Position numbers and translations under genes: made by a program. A DNA stretch of 56,352 nt, taken from positions 1 to 56,352 of IMG/VR virus record IMGVR_UViG_3300044960_000268; one strand, written 5' to 3'. Positions 27,837 to 37,305 of the stretch are shown here, one piece after another. Below the pieces are notes generated by a model. The model had not been told where the DNA came from and ran no database searches. It saw only the letters and a list, made by a program, of their open reading frames with translations. Within the stretch, counting starts at the first letter, position 1, and the number at the start of each line of letters is the position of its first letter. This DNA comes from a virus (taxonomy: Duplodnaviria > Caudoviricetes).

Positions 27837-28223
27837 ATGACTGACTTTGAACACCTGAACAACCTGCGTCTTCTCAACGGCAAGAAGCCTCTGAAGACTT
27901 GGAAGGAGTCCAAGGAGCGTTTGCGTCTCGCAATCGACAAGGAGGAAGAGGCCTACGCCAAGTTTGCGTCGCGCCCGAGTATCCCTGACGAAGCCATTGA
28001 GACGCTGAAGCAGACAGGCACTGTCACACTCATCATGAACGAGCCCCAGACAGTGACGTTATCGCAAATCGCACGTGAGCTTGGCATCGATCCCAAAGTT
28101 GCACGTGCGAAAGCGCGCCGCTTGCGTCTTTTCCTCCAGACCTTGGAAGTCGCCAAGCACACCTATGACATCTCCAATCGTGACCGTGTCTCTCAGCTTC
28201 TCGTTCGCGACCACAGGAAGTGA
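27837..28223 (+). CDS. Hypothetical protein with a C-terminal HTH-like domain (member 4)
   Basis: AAGGAGAG RBS; VTLSQIARELGIDPKVARAKARR. Confidence 0.75.
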   Translation: MTDFEHLNNLRLLNGKKPLKTWKESKERLRLAIDKEEEAYAKFASRPSIPDEAIETLKQTGTVTLIMNEPQTVTLSQIARELGIDPKVARAKARRLRLFLQTLEVAKHTYDISNRDRVSQLLVRDHRK

Positions 28224-28237
28224 GAGATCCCCTCCCC

Positions 28238-28278
28238 CTGGAGCTGGAGTTCGTTTTCCAGCTCCAGTTTTTTTTTTT
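28238..28278 (+). terminator. Rho-independent terminator
   Basis: 11-bp stem ctggagctgga/tccagctccag followed by T11. Confidence 0.9.
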
Positions 28279-28700
28279 CACGCGCGCACGCGCGTACACA
28301 ATACACTCTCTTTTTATTGATTATTTTTATATGAAAATCAGCATAGAGAGCCGGCGTCACCGGCTTCCGCTCATGATTTTCAGTGTGAGAGAATCATGAG
28401 CATGTTTCTCACGGAGAAAGAGAGCGTATGTACCCCCTGGAGAGAGCGAGAAGCATGCTCATGCTTCCCACAGAGAGAGAAGCATGCTCCACGCCAGTAT
28501 TTACCGGCTCTAGCGTGACCTCCAGTCATCGTGTTTCTCAAGTGTGCGAGATGTACACGCGCGCGCGTACGCGCACACGCGTATACACGCGCACGCGCTG
28601 TCGCCGGAGTTTGAGTTTTTTAACGAACTGTGCGATACAACCTCTAGGACTGGAGAGCGCCTCCAGTACCGGTTCTCCGGTAGTAGCATGCTGCACCGGA
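28279..28700. other. Non-coding repeat-rich region; candidate replication origin or packaging site
   Basis: Alternating R/Y tracts at 28279..28300 and 28551..28598, an AT-rich patch at about 28310..28340, direct repeats gagaagcatgctc at 28448 and 28477, and several inverted repeats. Confidence 0.55.
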
Positions 28701-28715
28701 CACATGGAGTCGATC

Positions 28716-28961
28716 ATGAAAACCTTCACTATCTCTCAACTTGCTCAGGAGCTCGGCCTCCATCCAAAGCGGGCACGAGCGATCCTGCGCAAGAGCGGTA
28801 AGGTTCGCGAGGGCACTCGTTGGACGTTCCCAAGCGACCAGAAGTCTGAGCTCAAGTCGATCCTCAAAGTCGCGACCAAGCCTGCCAAGAAGCAATTGAC
28901 GCCCAAGCGCAAGCAGCGCAAGGAGCCGATTGCAGCTGATGAGCATCCCACTCTCATGTAG
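28716..28961 (+). CDS. Small HTH-like protein (member 5)
   Basis: GGAG RBS; FTISQLAQELGLHPKRARAILRK...RWTF. Confidence 0.75.
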   Translation: MKTFTISQLAQELGLHPKRARAILRKSGKVREGTRWTFPSDQKSELKSILKVATKPAKKQLTPKRKQRKEPIAADEHPTLM

Positions 28962-28986
28962 CCCACTCTTAAGAGTACGACTTTGC

Positions 28987-29018
28987 AGCCCAAGCTAACC
29001 CCTCGGGCTTTTTTTTTT
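28987..29018 (+). terminator. Rho-independent terminator
   Basis: agccc..ag / ct.gggct stem followed by a T-run. Confidence 0.75.
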
Positions 29019-29089
29019 GCAAATCCGAAAGATTTCTATTGCATGGCCTCCGCTCTATCCCCATATGTCTTTCATACGGAGATCCAGCC

Positions 29090-29221
29090 ATGCTTCAAGA
29101 ACTCGAAGCTCGCGTCGCCGCCGCCCGCAAAACCTACCTGCGCACGCTTCGCCGTGTCGACTATGATGCCTACATCCTCGCCCTGAGAGATCTCTACAAA
29201 GCGCGCAGGTCCTCCCATTGA
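29090..29221 (+). CDS. Small hypothetical protein
   Basis: GGAG RBS; codon usage like neighbouring early genes. Confidence 0.55.
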   Translation: MLQELEARVAAARKTYLRTLRRVDYDAYILALRDLYKARRSSH

Positions 29222-29246
29222 GATAGCTGAGCAAATCACCCATACT
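29218..29246 (+). promoter_or_regulatory. Sigma70-like early promoter
   Basis: TTGAGA-N17-CATACT followed by AAGGAGAG. Confidence 0.65.
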
Positions 29247-29272
29247 ATCTTTATCGACAAGGAGAGAACACC

Positions 29273-29464
29273 ATGACTCAGATCGACATCGCTGCCAACA
29301 TCCGCCGCCGCATCGCTCGCGAAGTCCTCGAAGTCGCCGCTGACCTTCACGATCGCGCCCTCGTTCGCGACTGCCGCGAGGTTCTCGCTGAGGATCCTCG
29401 CCGCCTGCGCACCTCGAAGGCTTGGCAGCGCATCCGCGACTTCTACTACGCCATGGAGGCTTGA
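29273..29464 (+). CDS. Small hypothetical early protein
   Basis: Strong RBS and strongly biased codons. Confidence 0.75.
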   Translation: MTQIDIAANIRRRIAREVLEVAADLHDRALVRDCREVLAEDPRRLRTSKAWQRIRDFYYAMEA

Positions 29465-29689
29465 TATGGAGATACCTCCATCAATGCCAAAGGTCGCACC
29501 GACCTGGTTCTGAAGTATCTTCGCGGCGCTCGTTGCTATGTCCTGAGCACAATTTCCATTCCGTGTGGTTCGATACGTTGAACTCAGCCAAAGACGTCTG
29601 CACCGCGAATTGATCAGCGGTGATGTGCCATGATCGACACGTCGTGAAATCCGTCTCACACCATAAATTGAGGTCACATGTTCTAGAGG

Positions 29690-29749
29690 AAGCCCAGCAC
29701 TCAAACGCTGGGCTTTTTCTTTGACAAAAGCCCCCGAGGTTCTTATCTT
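29690..29749 (+). promoter_or_regulatory. Terminator immediately followed by a sigma70-like promoter
   Basis: aagcccagc/gctgggctt stem with T-run, then TTGACA-N17-TATCTT at 29721..29749. Confidence 0.75.
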
Positions 29750-29779
29750 CACTCCAGTCTAACACCTTGGAGAGACCTC

Positions 29780-30388
29780 ATGACTACGCCTACGCAACAA
29801 GTCGTCAAGGAGCTCGAGACAGCGTTCGACTTCTTCAATCGTCGCTTGTTCGACTCTTCGCTTCCACGCTGCATGATCTTGCTTCACCGCCACCGCAACG
29901 TTTACGGGTACTTCTGGCCGACGCGGTGGGAGAACGGAAAGGACAAGCTGCACGAGCTCAGCCTCAATCCTGACTGGCTCAAGGATCGCCCGCTCAAGCA
30001 AGTGCTCAGCACCCTCGTGCATGAGCAAGTCCATCTGTGGCAGCAGTGCTTCGGCAAACCCCCGAAGAACCCCGGCCACAACAAGGAATGGGCAGACAAG
30101 ATGGAGTCTATCGGCCTCATGCCTTCGAGCACCGGCGCTCCGGAAGGAAAGCGCACCGGGCGAAAGGTTAGTCACTACATCCTCGATGGCGGAGCGTTCG
30201 ACACTTGCTGCGATGAACTCTTGGACAAAGGGTTTCAGCTCAGCGCCGTAAGCTGGCCAGCCGATCTCAAGAAGAAGAGGACGCGAACCAAGCGCATCAC
30301 GTATACTTGCCCTGACTGCGAGTTGAAAGTTCGCGGGGTTCCTGAGTTGCACATCTTATGCGGAAATTGCGAACAAGTCCTGAGTTGA
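29780..30388 (+). CDS. SprT-like zinc metalloprotease
   Basis: STLVHEQVH (HExxH), GHNKEW..KM..IGL and C-terminal CxxC...CxxC. Confidence 0.9.
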   Translation: MTTPTQQVVKELETAFDFFNRRLFDSSLPRCMILLHRHRNVYGYFWPTRWENGKDKLHELSLNPDWLKDRPLKQVLSTLVHEQVHLWQQCFGKPPKNPGHNKEWADKMESIGLMPSSTGAPEGKRTGRKVSHYILDGGAFDTCCDELLDKGFQLSAVSWPADLKKKRTRTKRITYTCPDCELKVRGVPELHILCGNCEQVLS

Positions 30389-30647
30389 CAATTCTTGACC
30401 CATGCATCTAAGATCCCGCGTCACTCTCACTGATGCGGGGTCTTTTTCTAATGATCTACACTCTGTCGTACCAAAAGGAGATGATAGCACTTCCCATTCG
30501 TGCTCGAAACATCCTAGAGGCTGCTAAGACTTTCTTCTCATCTGAGCCAACTGCTTTCGTGTTCATCGTTCAACCCCGTCTTGCATTCGTTCGTCAAGGC
30601 TCCTATGAATTTCGCATCGAGGCTTTCACTCTTCATTGAGGTCTTTC

Positions 30648-30824
30648 ATGAAGACTTACACCATCTTGATCAACGGGCATCCTTACATCGTCAAAGCCGA
30701 TACTCTCACCGAGGCCTACAACGTCGCTTACCGTATTGCGAGCGTGTCCGTTGCAACCTGCGAGCTGTATGGATCGCTTCACCCGGCGTTTCTCAAAGAC
30801 TTCCTCGCTCGGCGCGTCCAATGA
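30648..30824 (+). CDS. Small hypothetical protein
   Basis: GAGG RBS; followed by a T-rich terminator-like tract. Confidence 0.55.
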   Translation: MKTYTILINGHPYIVKADTLTEAYNVAYRIASVSVATCELYGSLHPAFLKDFLARRVQ

Positions 30825-30838
30825 GACGGGCTTTTTCT

Positions 30839-30884
30839 TTGTGCGACGGCAGCAAATCATCTATATAATCGGTATCGATACCGA
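30839..30884 (+). promoter_or_regulatory. Promoter with a perfect 16-bp palindrome at the transcription start
   Basis: TTGTGC-N17-TATATA; TCGGTATCGATACCGA at 30869..30884 abuts the AGGAGAG RBS. Confidence 0.6.
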
Positions 30885-30896
30885 AGGAGAGACGTC

Positions 30897-32588
30897 ATGA
30901 AATGGTCACCTCAGCAAGCCGCCTTCATCGACTGGGCGCATACGGGCAAAGGATCCTGCGTTCTCGAGGCTGTTGCTGGCGCTGGCAAGACAACCACGCT
31001 CCTCGCCGCCGCCCGCAAGATGCGCGGCGACATCGCCATTGTAGCTTACAATAAGAAGATCGCTGCTGAAATCAAGGAGAAGACGCAGAACGATCCGCAC
31101 ATTCACGCTGGCACCGTCCATTCGTTCGGCAACCGTGCCTATCGCCGCGCCTTCCCCCATCATACGCTCGAGCGCAACAAAGTACGCGACCTCGCTGAGC
31201 AGCGTTTCCCGAACCTCTCTGATTTCCATGGGCCCCTCGTCAAGCTCGTCAGTCTCGCCAAGCAGCGAGCCCTCGGTGTCATCGGCCGCCTCGATGATCA
31301 CATTCAGTGGGAAGACCTCATCGACCATTTCGATCTGGTCGACAGCAACAAGCCGGAGGACTTCATCGCTTCAGCCATCGAGCTTTTGCGCCTCAGCAAC
31401 TCCGTCAAAGAGGTGATCGACTTTGACGACATGATTTATCTCCCTCTTCTGCTCAACCTTCCATTCCGCCGCTACGATGTAGTGATGGTGGACGAGGCGC
31501 AGGATACGAACCCGGCTCGCCGCGCTCTCGTGCGCGCTATCCTCAAGAAAGGCGGCCGCGTCATCGCTGTAGGCGACCGTCATCAGGCGATCTATGGATT
31601 TACCGGGGCTGACAATGACAGCCTTGACCTCATCGCTTCAGATTTCGATTGCGTCCGTCTTCCTTTGACCGTTACTTATCGTTGCCCTAAGAAGATCGTC
31701 GCTTTTGCACAGCAGTGGGTTAGCCACATCACCGCTGCCGACACAGCTCCTGAAGGTGACGTCTCCGTTTCTTCTTACGATGATTTTCTCAACAGTGCTC
31801 GCAACAATGCGACGCTGCGCACCTCTGCCGTCTTGTGCCGCAACAACAAGCCGCTCGTCGAACTAGCTTTCCGCCTGATCCGTAACAGGATCCCATGCAA
31901 AGTCGAAGGTCGCGAGATTGGCGACCAGATCAAGAAGCTTGCATTGCGCTGGCGAGTACGCTCGCTCGATGCGCTACGCACCAAGCTGGACGACTACTTG
32001 TCGCGCGAGACGACTAAGCTGCTGGCCAAGAAGAAGGAAGACAAGATCCAGCAGATCGAGGACATGGTTGAGACCATCAAAGTGATCATCGATCAGTGTC
32101 ACGCCGAGAAGAAGAACACGCTCGCTGATCTTGAGCGCTACATCGATGAGCTCTTCGCCGATGATGTCAAAGGAATGCTCGTCCTCAGCAGCATCCACAA
32201 GTCCAAAGGCCGTGAATGGGAGACCGTGTATTGGCTCGACCGTGCTGGGACGTGCCCGAGCAAGTGGGCGAGGCAAGACTGGCAGAAGGCTCAGGAAGTC
32301 AATCTCATGTACGTTGCAGCAACGCGCGCACAGCGTTCGCTGATTGAGCTGTACGCGCCTCCTAAGGAAGACCGTCTCGTCACTCCTAGCGAGACTGCCG
32401 CCGCCGTCACAGCCGTTCTGAACGCCCCTGAGAAGGCACCTGTCGCTGTTCCTCGCGACCTCGCTTCTCTGCCGGCTGAAGAGCTCGCCGCTATGCTCTC
32501 CCGTGGAGAAATCACATCGCAGCAGAAGCGGAATGCTGATAAGCTGCGTCGTGCTCGCATTCGGAAAGGAAAACGTCATGAAACCTGA
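30897..32588 (+). CDS. UvrD/Rep-like SF1 helicase
   Basis: AVAGAGKTT, VDEAQD, VGD.HQAIYGF, TYRCP, SIHKSKGREW and YVAATRA motifs. Confidence 0.95.
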   Translation: MKWSPQQAAFIDWAHTGKGSCVLEAVAGAGKTTTLLAAARKMRGDIAIVAYNKKIAAEIKEKTQNDPHIHAGTVHSFGNRAYRRAFPHHTLERNKVRDLAEQRFPNLSDFHGPLVKLVSLAKQRALGVIGRLDDHIQWEDLIDHFDLVDSNKPEDFIASAIELLRLSNSVKEVIDFDDMIYLPLLLNLPFRRYDVVMVDEAQDTNPARRALVRAILKKGGRVIAVGDRHQAIYGFTGADNDSLDLIASDFDCVRLPLTVTYRCPKKIVAFAQQWVSHITAADTAPEGDVSVSSYDDFLNSARNNATLRTSAVLCRNNKPLVELAFRLIRNRIPCKVEGREIGDQIKKLALRWRVRSLDALRTKLDDYLSRETTKLLAKKKEDKIQQIEDMVETIKVIIDQCHAEKKNTLADLERYIDELFADDVKGMLVLSSIHKSKGREWETVYWLDRAGTCPSKWARQDWQKAQEVNLMYVAATRAQRSLIELYAPPKEDRLVTPSETAAAVTAVLNAPEKAPVAVPRDLASLPAEELAAMLSRGEITSQQKRNADKLRRARIRKGKRHET

Positions 32589-32856
32589 CTACCAGCGTGC
32601 TCAGCGAATGCTTCTCCAGTCGCTCCGTGACATAGCCAAGCGATGTGGCTTCACCCATGAAGTTGTTGAGTTCTCCGTCATCCTCAACGCCATGTCGTCT
32701 GCCATCATTACAGAATTGATAGATAGACGAGTGCTGATGGAGCCGGACGGCATCGACCGCGTCATTGACTTCATCTCAGGGCAACTTGCTGATCATCTGC
32801 GTAGAGATCTCACAGCTCGTCTGAGACACGAAGAGCAAAAAGCCAGACCCAATTAA
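32578..32856 (+). CDS. Hypothetical protein
   Basis: AAGGA RBS; overlaps the helicase stop. Confidence 0.55.
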   Translation: MKPDYQRAQRMLLQSLRDIAKRCGFTHEVVEFSVILNAMSSAIITELIDRRVLMEPDGIDRVIDFISGQLADHLRRDLTARLRHEEQKARPN

Positions 32857-32923
32857 CCGGCTTGTAACTTTTTCCATGATATAGGTCACGGGTAATCGCC
32901 ACTTGGAGTTACTGGAGAAGCCC

Positions 32924-33226
32924 ATGACCTACATCATCACCAAGAGCGGTCCGTCGCAGCCGCTCTATCTCGAGCTCACCGCCCACGGCGCCTATCGGCA
33001 TCGTCTTGGAGAGGAGGGGCTGATGACCGCGTCCTACGCCAAGCCAACGCCGGCTGAGTCCGCCCGCGCGGCGGAAGCACCCCAGACCTACCTTATCCGC
33101 ATCCACAAGACCACGCCAGACCTACTTCATTCGTTCGTCCGCCGCATTGAGGCTTCTTCGCTGGCAGTAGCCATCATGATCGCTCGGATCGCCTTTCCAG
33201 GCTATGATGCGGAGGAACTGCCATGA
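32924..33226 (+). CDS. Hypothetical protein
   Basis: GGAG RBS; early-gene codon usage. Confidence 0.6.
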   Translation: MTYIITKSGPSQPLYLELTAHGAYRHRLGEEGLMTASYAKPTPAESARAAEAPQTYLIRIHKTTPDLLHSFVRRIEASSLAVAIMIARIAFPGYDAEELP

Positions 33227-33460
33227 TCATTCTGACGCTCTTAGAGCACAAGACTAGCCGCATCATCAACCAATTCAAGATCCGAAAGGATCAAATGCCT
33301 TGGGAGGACATTCGCGTCTGGCAGACATTTGCTTTTGTGGTGGTCTCCGTAGAACATGACGCTTGACTCGTCTCAGGCAAAGATGCATAGTAGGCTTTCG
33401 CTCCAGTTCTTTGTTTCCCACGTGGGGACATCCGCTGCTCGTCGATAGGAACCTATACCC

Positions 33461-33721
33461 ATGACTCCTTACATCATTAGATCCAATGGCAAATGCATGA
33501 TTTTCAAGTTCGCTGGGGAAGTCCCCACACTCAAGGAGCTGCAAGAGGCGGTAGGAGGATACATCGAAATTGTCGCGATACCCTCGACTCAAAACGCCAT
33601 CATGATTGTAGACGAAGAGGGACTAATGAAGGGCTCCCCACTCAATCCGATTGCATCCACGATGGCCTTAAGAGACATTGTGGGCGACGTAATAATTCTG
33701 CCGCGATCACTGATGCGTTGA
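33461..33721 (+). CDS. DUF3846-like protein
   Basis: LKELQEAVGGYIE...IVDEEG....PLN..AS....IVGDV motif. Confidence 0.8.
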   Translation: MTPYIIRSNGKCMIFKFAGEVPTLKELQEAVGGYIEIVAIPSTQNAIMIVDEEGLMKGSPLNPIASTMALRDIVGDVIILPRSLMR

Positions 33722-33981
33722 CCCAGACGAGTTCTTGTATTACTATCAAGTTCAATTCTTCGGTGGGGGTCTCTCCTTCGATCTTCGGCCCACCGAAGGA
33801 CGCGACCTGGGAGTGCGCCCCCCTACCCTTACCCCGCTCCCAGGTCGCTCTGCTCACATTGTCGGGATACTCAAAAGCCATCGGTTGCGTCCGGTGGCTT
33901 TCTTTTTCTTACATTGTTTCCGGTATTGCAGCATCGCTGAAGCGCCTAGGTTGACCGCTGGCTGGCCTTGCGCCACGCGCT

Positions 33982-33996
33982 CGAGTGATCACTCGG
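33982..33996. repeat. Palindrome CGAGTGATCACTCG(G), copy 1
   Basis: Identical to 52310..52324. Confidence 0.8.
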
Positions 33997-34058
33997 TCGA
34001 AATGAGAAGCGCCTCAGCGGCGAAATTTGAGCGCTTTTATGTGTTGACCCTTACAACT

Positions 34059-34086
34059 AAAAAGAAAGCCCCACTATTCGGGGGCT
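34059..34086 (-). terminator. Terminator for the primase-helicase gene
   Basis: agcccc/ggggct stem with an adjacent A-run on the plus strand (U-tract on the minus strand). Confidence 0.7.
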
Positions 34087-34104
34087 AGTCTAGGGGTAAA
34101 GCGA

Positions 34105-36039
34105 CTAATGCTTTACTTCGGAGCCCCCTCGTCCGTCAATGGGCAAACTCCACTGGGTTGTCTTGTCCTTCCCAAAACCTCGCGTTGTCGATACTATCTT
34201 GAGCTCTCGCTTAGCGCGATACAGTGTGCTTTGAGATATGGACCTTGCCTCGGCCATACGTTCGATGCGTCCCGCTTCCGCGGCTCCTTTGCTGAGGACC
34301 TCCTTCAAAAAGGCCTTCGCTTCGTCGCGTTCACTCGGATCTTTTTCCGCTGGCTTGACATTGACCAGATCGTCTGCGGTATAGCGCTCATCAAAAGTGC
34401 CCCACATGAACTTAGCGCGATCACGGTCGCGCTCGTTGTGAGGATCACCAGCGTCTTTCACAAAGTACTCGAGGGCGGGCGGCTTGCGCGCGATATTGAT
34501 CTTGGATACCGCCATCATGCGCCGTTCGGTATCCCCTTCCGCTTCCGGATGTGGACCGGCAGTGATCTCGATACGTGCAAGACCCGTGATTGCAATGTTG
34601 CCTTGTCCTCGGTACATCGCTTTCTCTCGTGCGCTCTTAGTGAGGTGACGGACGACTAGAACCGAGCAGTTGAACCGCTGTGCGAGATGAAGAAACTTGG
34701 AGAACGCCTGCTGTCCTTGTGCTCCCGTATTCGTATCAGCGCCTCCAATGTAGGTCATCATAGTGTCAAAGATGACTAGTGCAGGTTTCACTCGCTCGAG
34801 TGCTTTGAAGATGCGGACAAGATCGTCGGGGTTATCGATGGAAAGGGGCTCTGTTTCTTGATAGAAGTACTTCTGCGCCTCCTCGTCCAAACCGATCCAT
34901 CGCGCTCGTTTCTTCATTACCACGTCAGGTGTATTCTCTAGATCGAACGAGATGACGCGACCTTGAATGGGATCGATACCCTTGACGTATGTAGGCAAAC
35001 GCGATCCCTTGCAGACTGCTGTGGCGATTGCTTGGGCGATCCAGGTTTTGCCAGCTTCGGGATCCCCTTGCAGGATCGTCACTTGCTGACGCGCCAAATA
35101 GGGATACCACAGCCATTCGATGTCTCGCTCTTCGATTTCTGACAGAGGGGTTGTGCATAGCTCTTTTTTCTCTTCTTCGTTTTCATCTTCACCTACAACT
35201 GGCTTTTTCGCCTGTTTTCCTTTGATGACGCATTTTTCATACTCGCGCTCCAGTTGCCGCTCCTCACTGGATCGACCAGCAAACTTGTTCCACACGCTGG
35301 ATCGAATGAGAGTCATCCACTCTTCTTTGGTTGCTCCCTTCTCGATTAGCACCATGCCCAGTTTATGCATTACGTCGCTGCGCTTGCCGATCTCCGGAGT
35401 CTTGCGAGTGGTAAGTTCCTTCCACACTGTCCAAGGCAGCTTAGCTTTCCACTTCTTGTGGATCGCCCCTACATCCACTTGATGAGCCGGCTCTTCGTTG
35501 CCAGAAGGGAGAAGCTTATCGAGTTCCTCGAGAGTCCACGTTGGACCGTCAGTCCACAGGATCCTGACTTTCGGCATCGACTCGTACTTGTAGTTGATCG
35601 TGCCAGGGACACGTAAGACTTGCGTGAAATCCCATCCACCCGGATCGCCTCCGATAGCATGGGACAGACGTCGATTGATCTTCGAGAACCTGTGGACAAC
35701 CCCTTTTTCTTTCTTTCGTAGTATCCACAGACCGACGAAGCGTCCGGGGGATGACTCGATGGCTACGGAAGGCTTGAATTTGACTGACCGAGGATCGGCT
35801 CCATCCATATCCGACCACAGAACGTTAGGGATTACTCGATAAGGCTCGAGCCGCTCACGTTCAGTAAATCCGTGTGGGCAGAAGTAAATGTCCTTGTCTC
35901 GATTATCTACGAGAAACTGATCGATGAGGTGAAATTCATTCTTGGTGAAGAAGTGATCTCTCCATTTTCCAGTAGAACTCTTAGTGGAGAGACAAAAGTA
36001 GGGTGCATTCTGATCCTTCCAAATCCGTTGAATGATCAT
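34105..36039 (-). CDS. RepB-type primase fused to an AAA_25 (RepA-like) helicase
   Basis: IYFCP, LWSDMD, IESSPGR and LRVPGT.NYK (primase); WLWYPYL, GDPEAGKT, IFD and RHLTK (helicase). Confidence 0.9.
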   Translation of the reverse strand: MIIQRIWKDQNAPYFCLSTKSSTGKWRDHFFTKNEFHLIDQFLVDNRDKDIYFCPHGFTERERLEPYRVIPNVLWSDMDGADPRSVKFKPSVAIESSPGRFVGLWILRKKEKGVVHRFSKINRRLSHAIGGDPGGWDFTQVLRVPGTINYKYESMPKVRILWTDGPTWTLEELDKLLPSGNEEPAHQVDVGAIHKKWKAKLPWTVWKELTTRKTPEIGKRSDVMHKLGMVLIEKGATKEEWMTLIRSSVWNKFAGRSSEERQLEREYEKCVIKGKQAKKPVVGEDENEEEKKELCTTPLSEIEERDIEWLWYPYLARQQVTILQGDPEAGKTWIAQAIATAVCKGSRLPTYVKGIDPIQGRVISFDLENTPDVVMKKRARWIGLDEEAQKYFYQETEPLSIDNPDDLVRIFKALERVKPALVIFDTMMTYIGGADTNTGAQGQQAFSKFLHLAQRFNCSVLVVRHLTKSAREKAMYRGQGNIAITGLARIEITAGPHPEAEGDTERRMMAVSKINIARKPPALEYFVKDAGDPHNERDRDRAKFMWGTFDERYTADDLVNVKPAEKDPSERDEAKAFLKEVLSKGAAEAGRIERMAEARSISQSTLYRAKRELKIVSTTRGFGKDKTTQWSLPIDGRGGSEVKH

Positions 36040-36069
36040 GGTGATTTACCCCTGTCGGTTTTCGGATGA

Positions 36070-36115
36070 TTGACAGCGAGCGGCGATTGTTATTTGATCA
36101 CTAGGTCCGCGTCAA
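36070..36115. promoter_or_regulatory. Overlapping divergent promoters (primase versus nucleotide/replication operon)
   Basis: Plus-strand TTGACA at 36070 and minus-strand TTGACG at 36115..36110 share an AT-rich -10 area. Confidence 0.45.
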
Positions 36116-36130
36116 AAGGAAAACACCGCA

Positions 36131-36835
36131 ATGAATATCGTGGTTGAGGGCCCCGATGCCTCGGGGAAGACTACGCTTATTGGGAAGTTAGCTCCGCTGC
36201 TGGGGCTGTCAGTCGTCAAGAGTGAGGGGCCTTGCGTCGATATTCATGACTTCCGCCAGCGTTGTCAGCAATTGTATTCGTTGAAAAATGTCATCTTCGA
36301 CCGGCATTGTCACGTCAGCGAACCCATCTATGGCTATTTTGCCAAACGCTATGACACTGTCGATTACAGCCTGATTGCGCTGATCCGTCGAAACCCCCCT
36401 CTGTACATCTATTGTCGCGGCCCCGCCACTCTAGACCGCCACGTCGCTGATCACTCCAAGGATAGCCCAGAGCACTTGGCGATGATCGAACGCCATCATT
36501 CGGAGATCCGGTACTCTTATGAGCGATGGGCAAACGCCAATGCTCACATCTGGTACACCATTGGCGATGAGAGAAGTGGAGCTCCTGAAGAGACGGCGGA
36601 GGAACGTCATCGGCGATACTTCCTCTACCTGGTCTCTTTGATCAATCACCTGAAATGGGAGACAGCAAATGGATTTCGACCCGTTCAAGGACATCATCGA
36701 GTTCCACGAGAAGTTCGGATTGAAGTACGAAGGTCCGCCTCGAGTTCTTCCTCCGTCTCTCGCTCAGTTCCGAGAGAAGTTCATAAGGGAAGAGTTTCGC
36801 GAGTACCTGTCCTCAGCTTGCCAGGCACGAGATGA
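36131..36835 (+). CDS. dNMP (thymidylate-type) kinase
   Basis: IVVEGPDASGKTT P-loop and IFDRH..SE.IYG motif. Confidence 0.85.
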   Translation: MNIVVEGPDASGKTTLIGKLAPLLGLSVVKSEGPCVDIHDFRQRCQQLYSLKNVIFDRHCHVSEPIYGYFAKRYDTVDYSLIALIRRNPPLYIYCRGPATLDRHVADHSKDSPEHLAMIERHHSEIRYSYERWANANAHIWYTIGDERSGAPEETAEERHRRYFLYLVSLINHLKWETANGFRPVQGHHRVPREVRIEVRRSASSSSSVSRSVPREVHKGRVSRVPVLSLPGTR

Positions 36836-37139
36836 GTTGAACGGGGTTACCAAGTCCTTTGACGACGAGGTGGCTTTCCATCTTGAGCATGCGTTGGATG
36901 CCCTCGTAGATCTCGTCTATGTGGTTCTCGGCACCGCTTACTTGCATGGGTTCGATTTCCGAGAGGCGTGGCGTCGCGTTCATGCGGCGAATATGGCTAA
37001 GACGAGGGCTCCCTCCTCGTCAGACTCCAAGAGGAAGAACAGACACGACGTGATCAAGCCCCCCGGATGGCAGCCCCCCCGCCTGCGGTCCCTCGTTATA
37101 AACCACGCTCATCAGATGCATTCTAAAAAGGCTGCCTGA
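36669..37139 (+). CDS. All-alpha NTP pyrophosphatase (MazG/PRA-PH-like; candidate dCTPase/dUTPase)
   Basis: EFHEKF, REEFRE, DALVDLVYV..G, VH.ANMAK and KPPGW motifs. Confidence 0.85.
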   Translation: MDFDPFKDIIEFHEKFGLKYEGPPRVLPPSLAQFREKFIREEFREYLSSACQARDELNGVTKSFDDEVAFHLEHALDALVDLVYVVLGTAYLHGFDFREAWRRVHAANMAKTRAPSSSDSKRKNRHDVIKPPGWQPPRLRSLVINHAHQMHSKKAA

Positions 37140-37140
37140 G

Positions 37141-37305
37141 ATGTTGATCGACTTCAACCTTGCGCTCTTTCTCGGCGCTACAGTCTCATTAGCTTCCTAT
37201 CTTCTTGGTTGGTGGGTAGGATGGCGTTCCGGCTGGGAAGAGGCAATGGAGAAGGTCACTCTTGAGGAAGTCTGGGGCGATCATCCCAATCTCCCGAAAT
37301 CATGA
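37141..37305 (+). CDS. 54-aa membrane peptide (not in the ORF track)
   Basis: MLIDFNLALFLGATVSLASYLLGWWVGW...; ATGA overlap with the next gene. Confidence 0.55.
   Translation: MLIDFNLALFLGATVSLASYLLGWWVGWRSGWEEAMEKVTLEEVWGDHPNLPKS

Noticed and set aside
28428-28715. N-terminal extension of the 177-aa ORF and overlapping ORFs (TRARTRTRV...)
   Set aside because: These are translations of the alternating R/Y DNA tract. The real start with an RBS is at 28716.
32853-32868. CtrA-box-like TTAA-N7-GTAAC suggesting an alphaproteobacterial host
   Set aside because: A single imperfect match is insufficient evidence.
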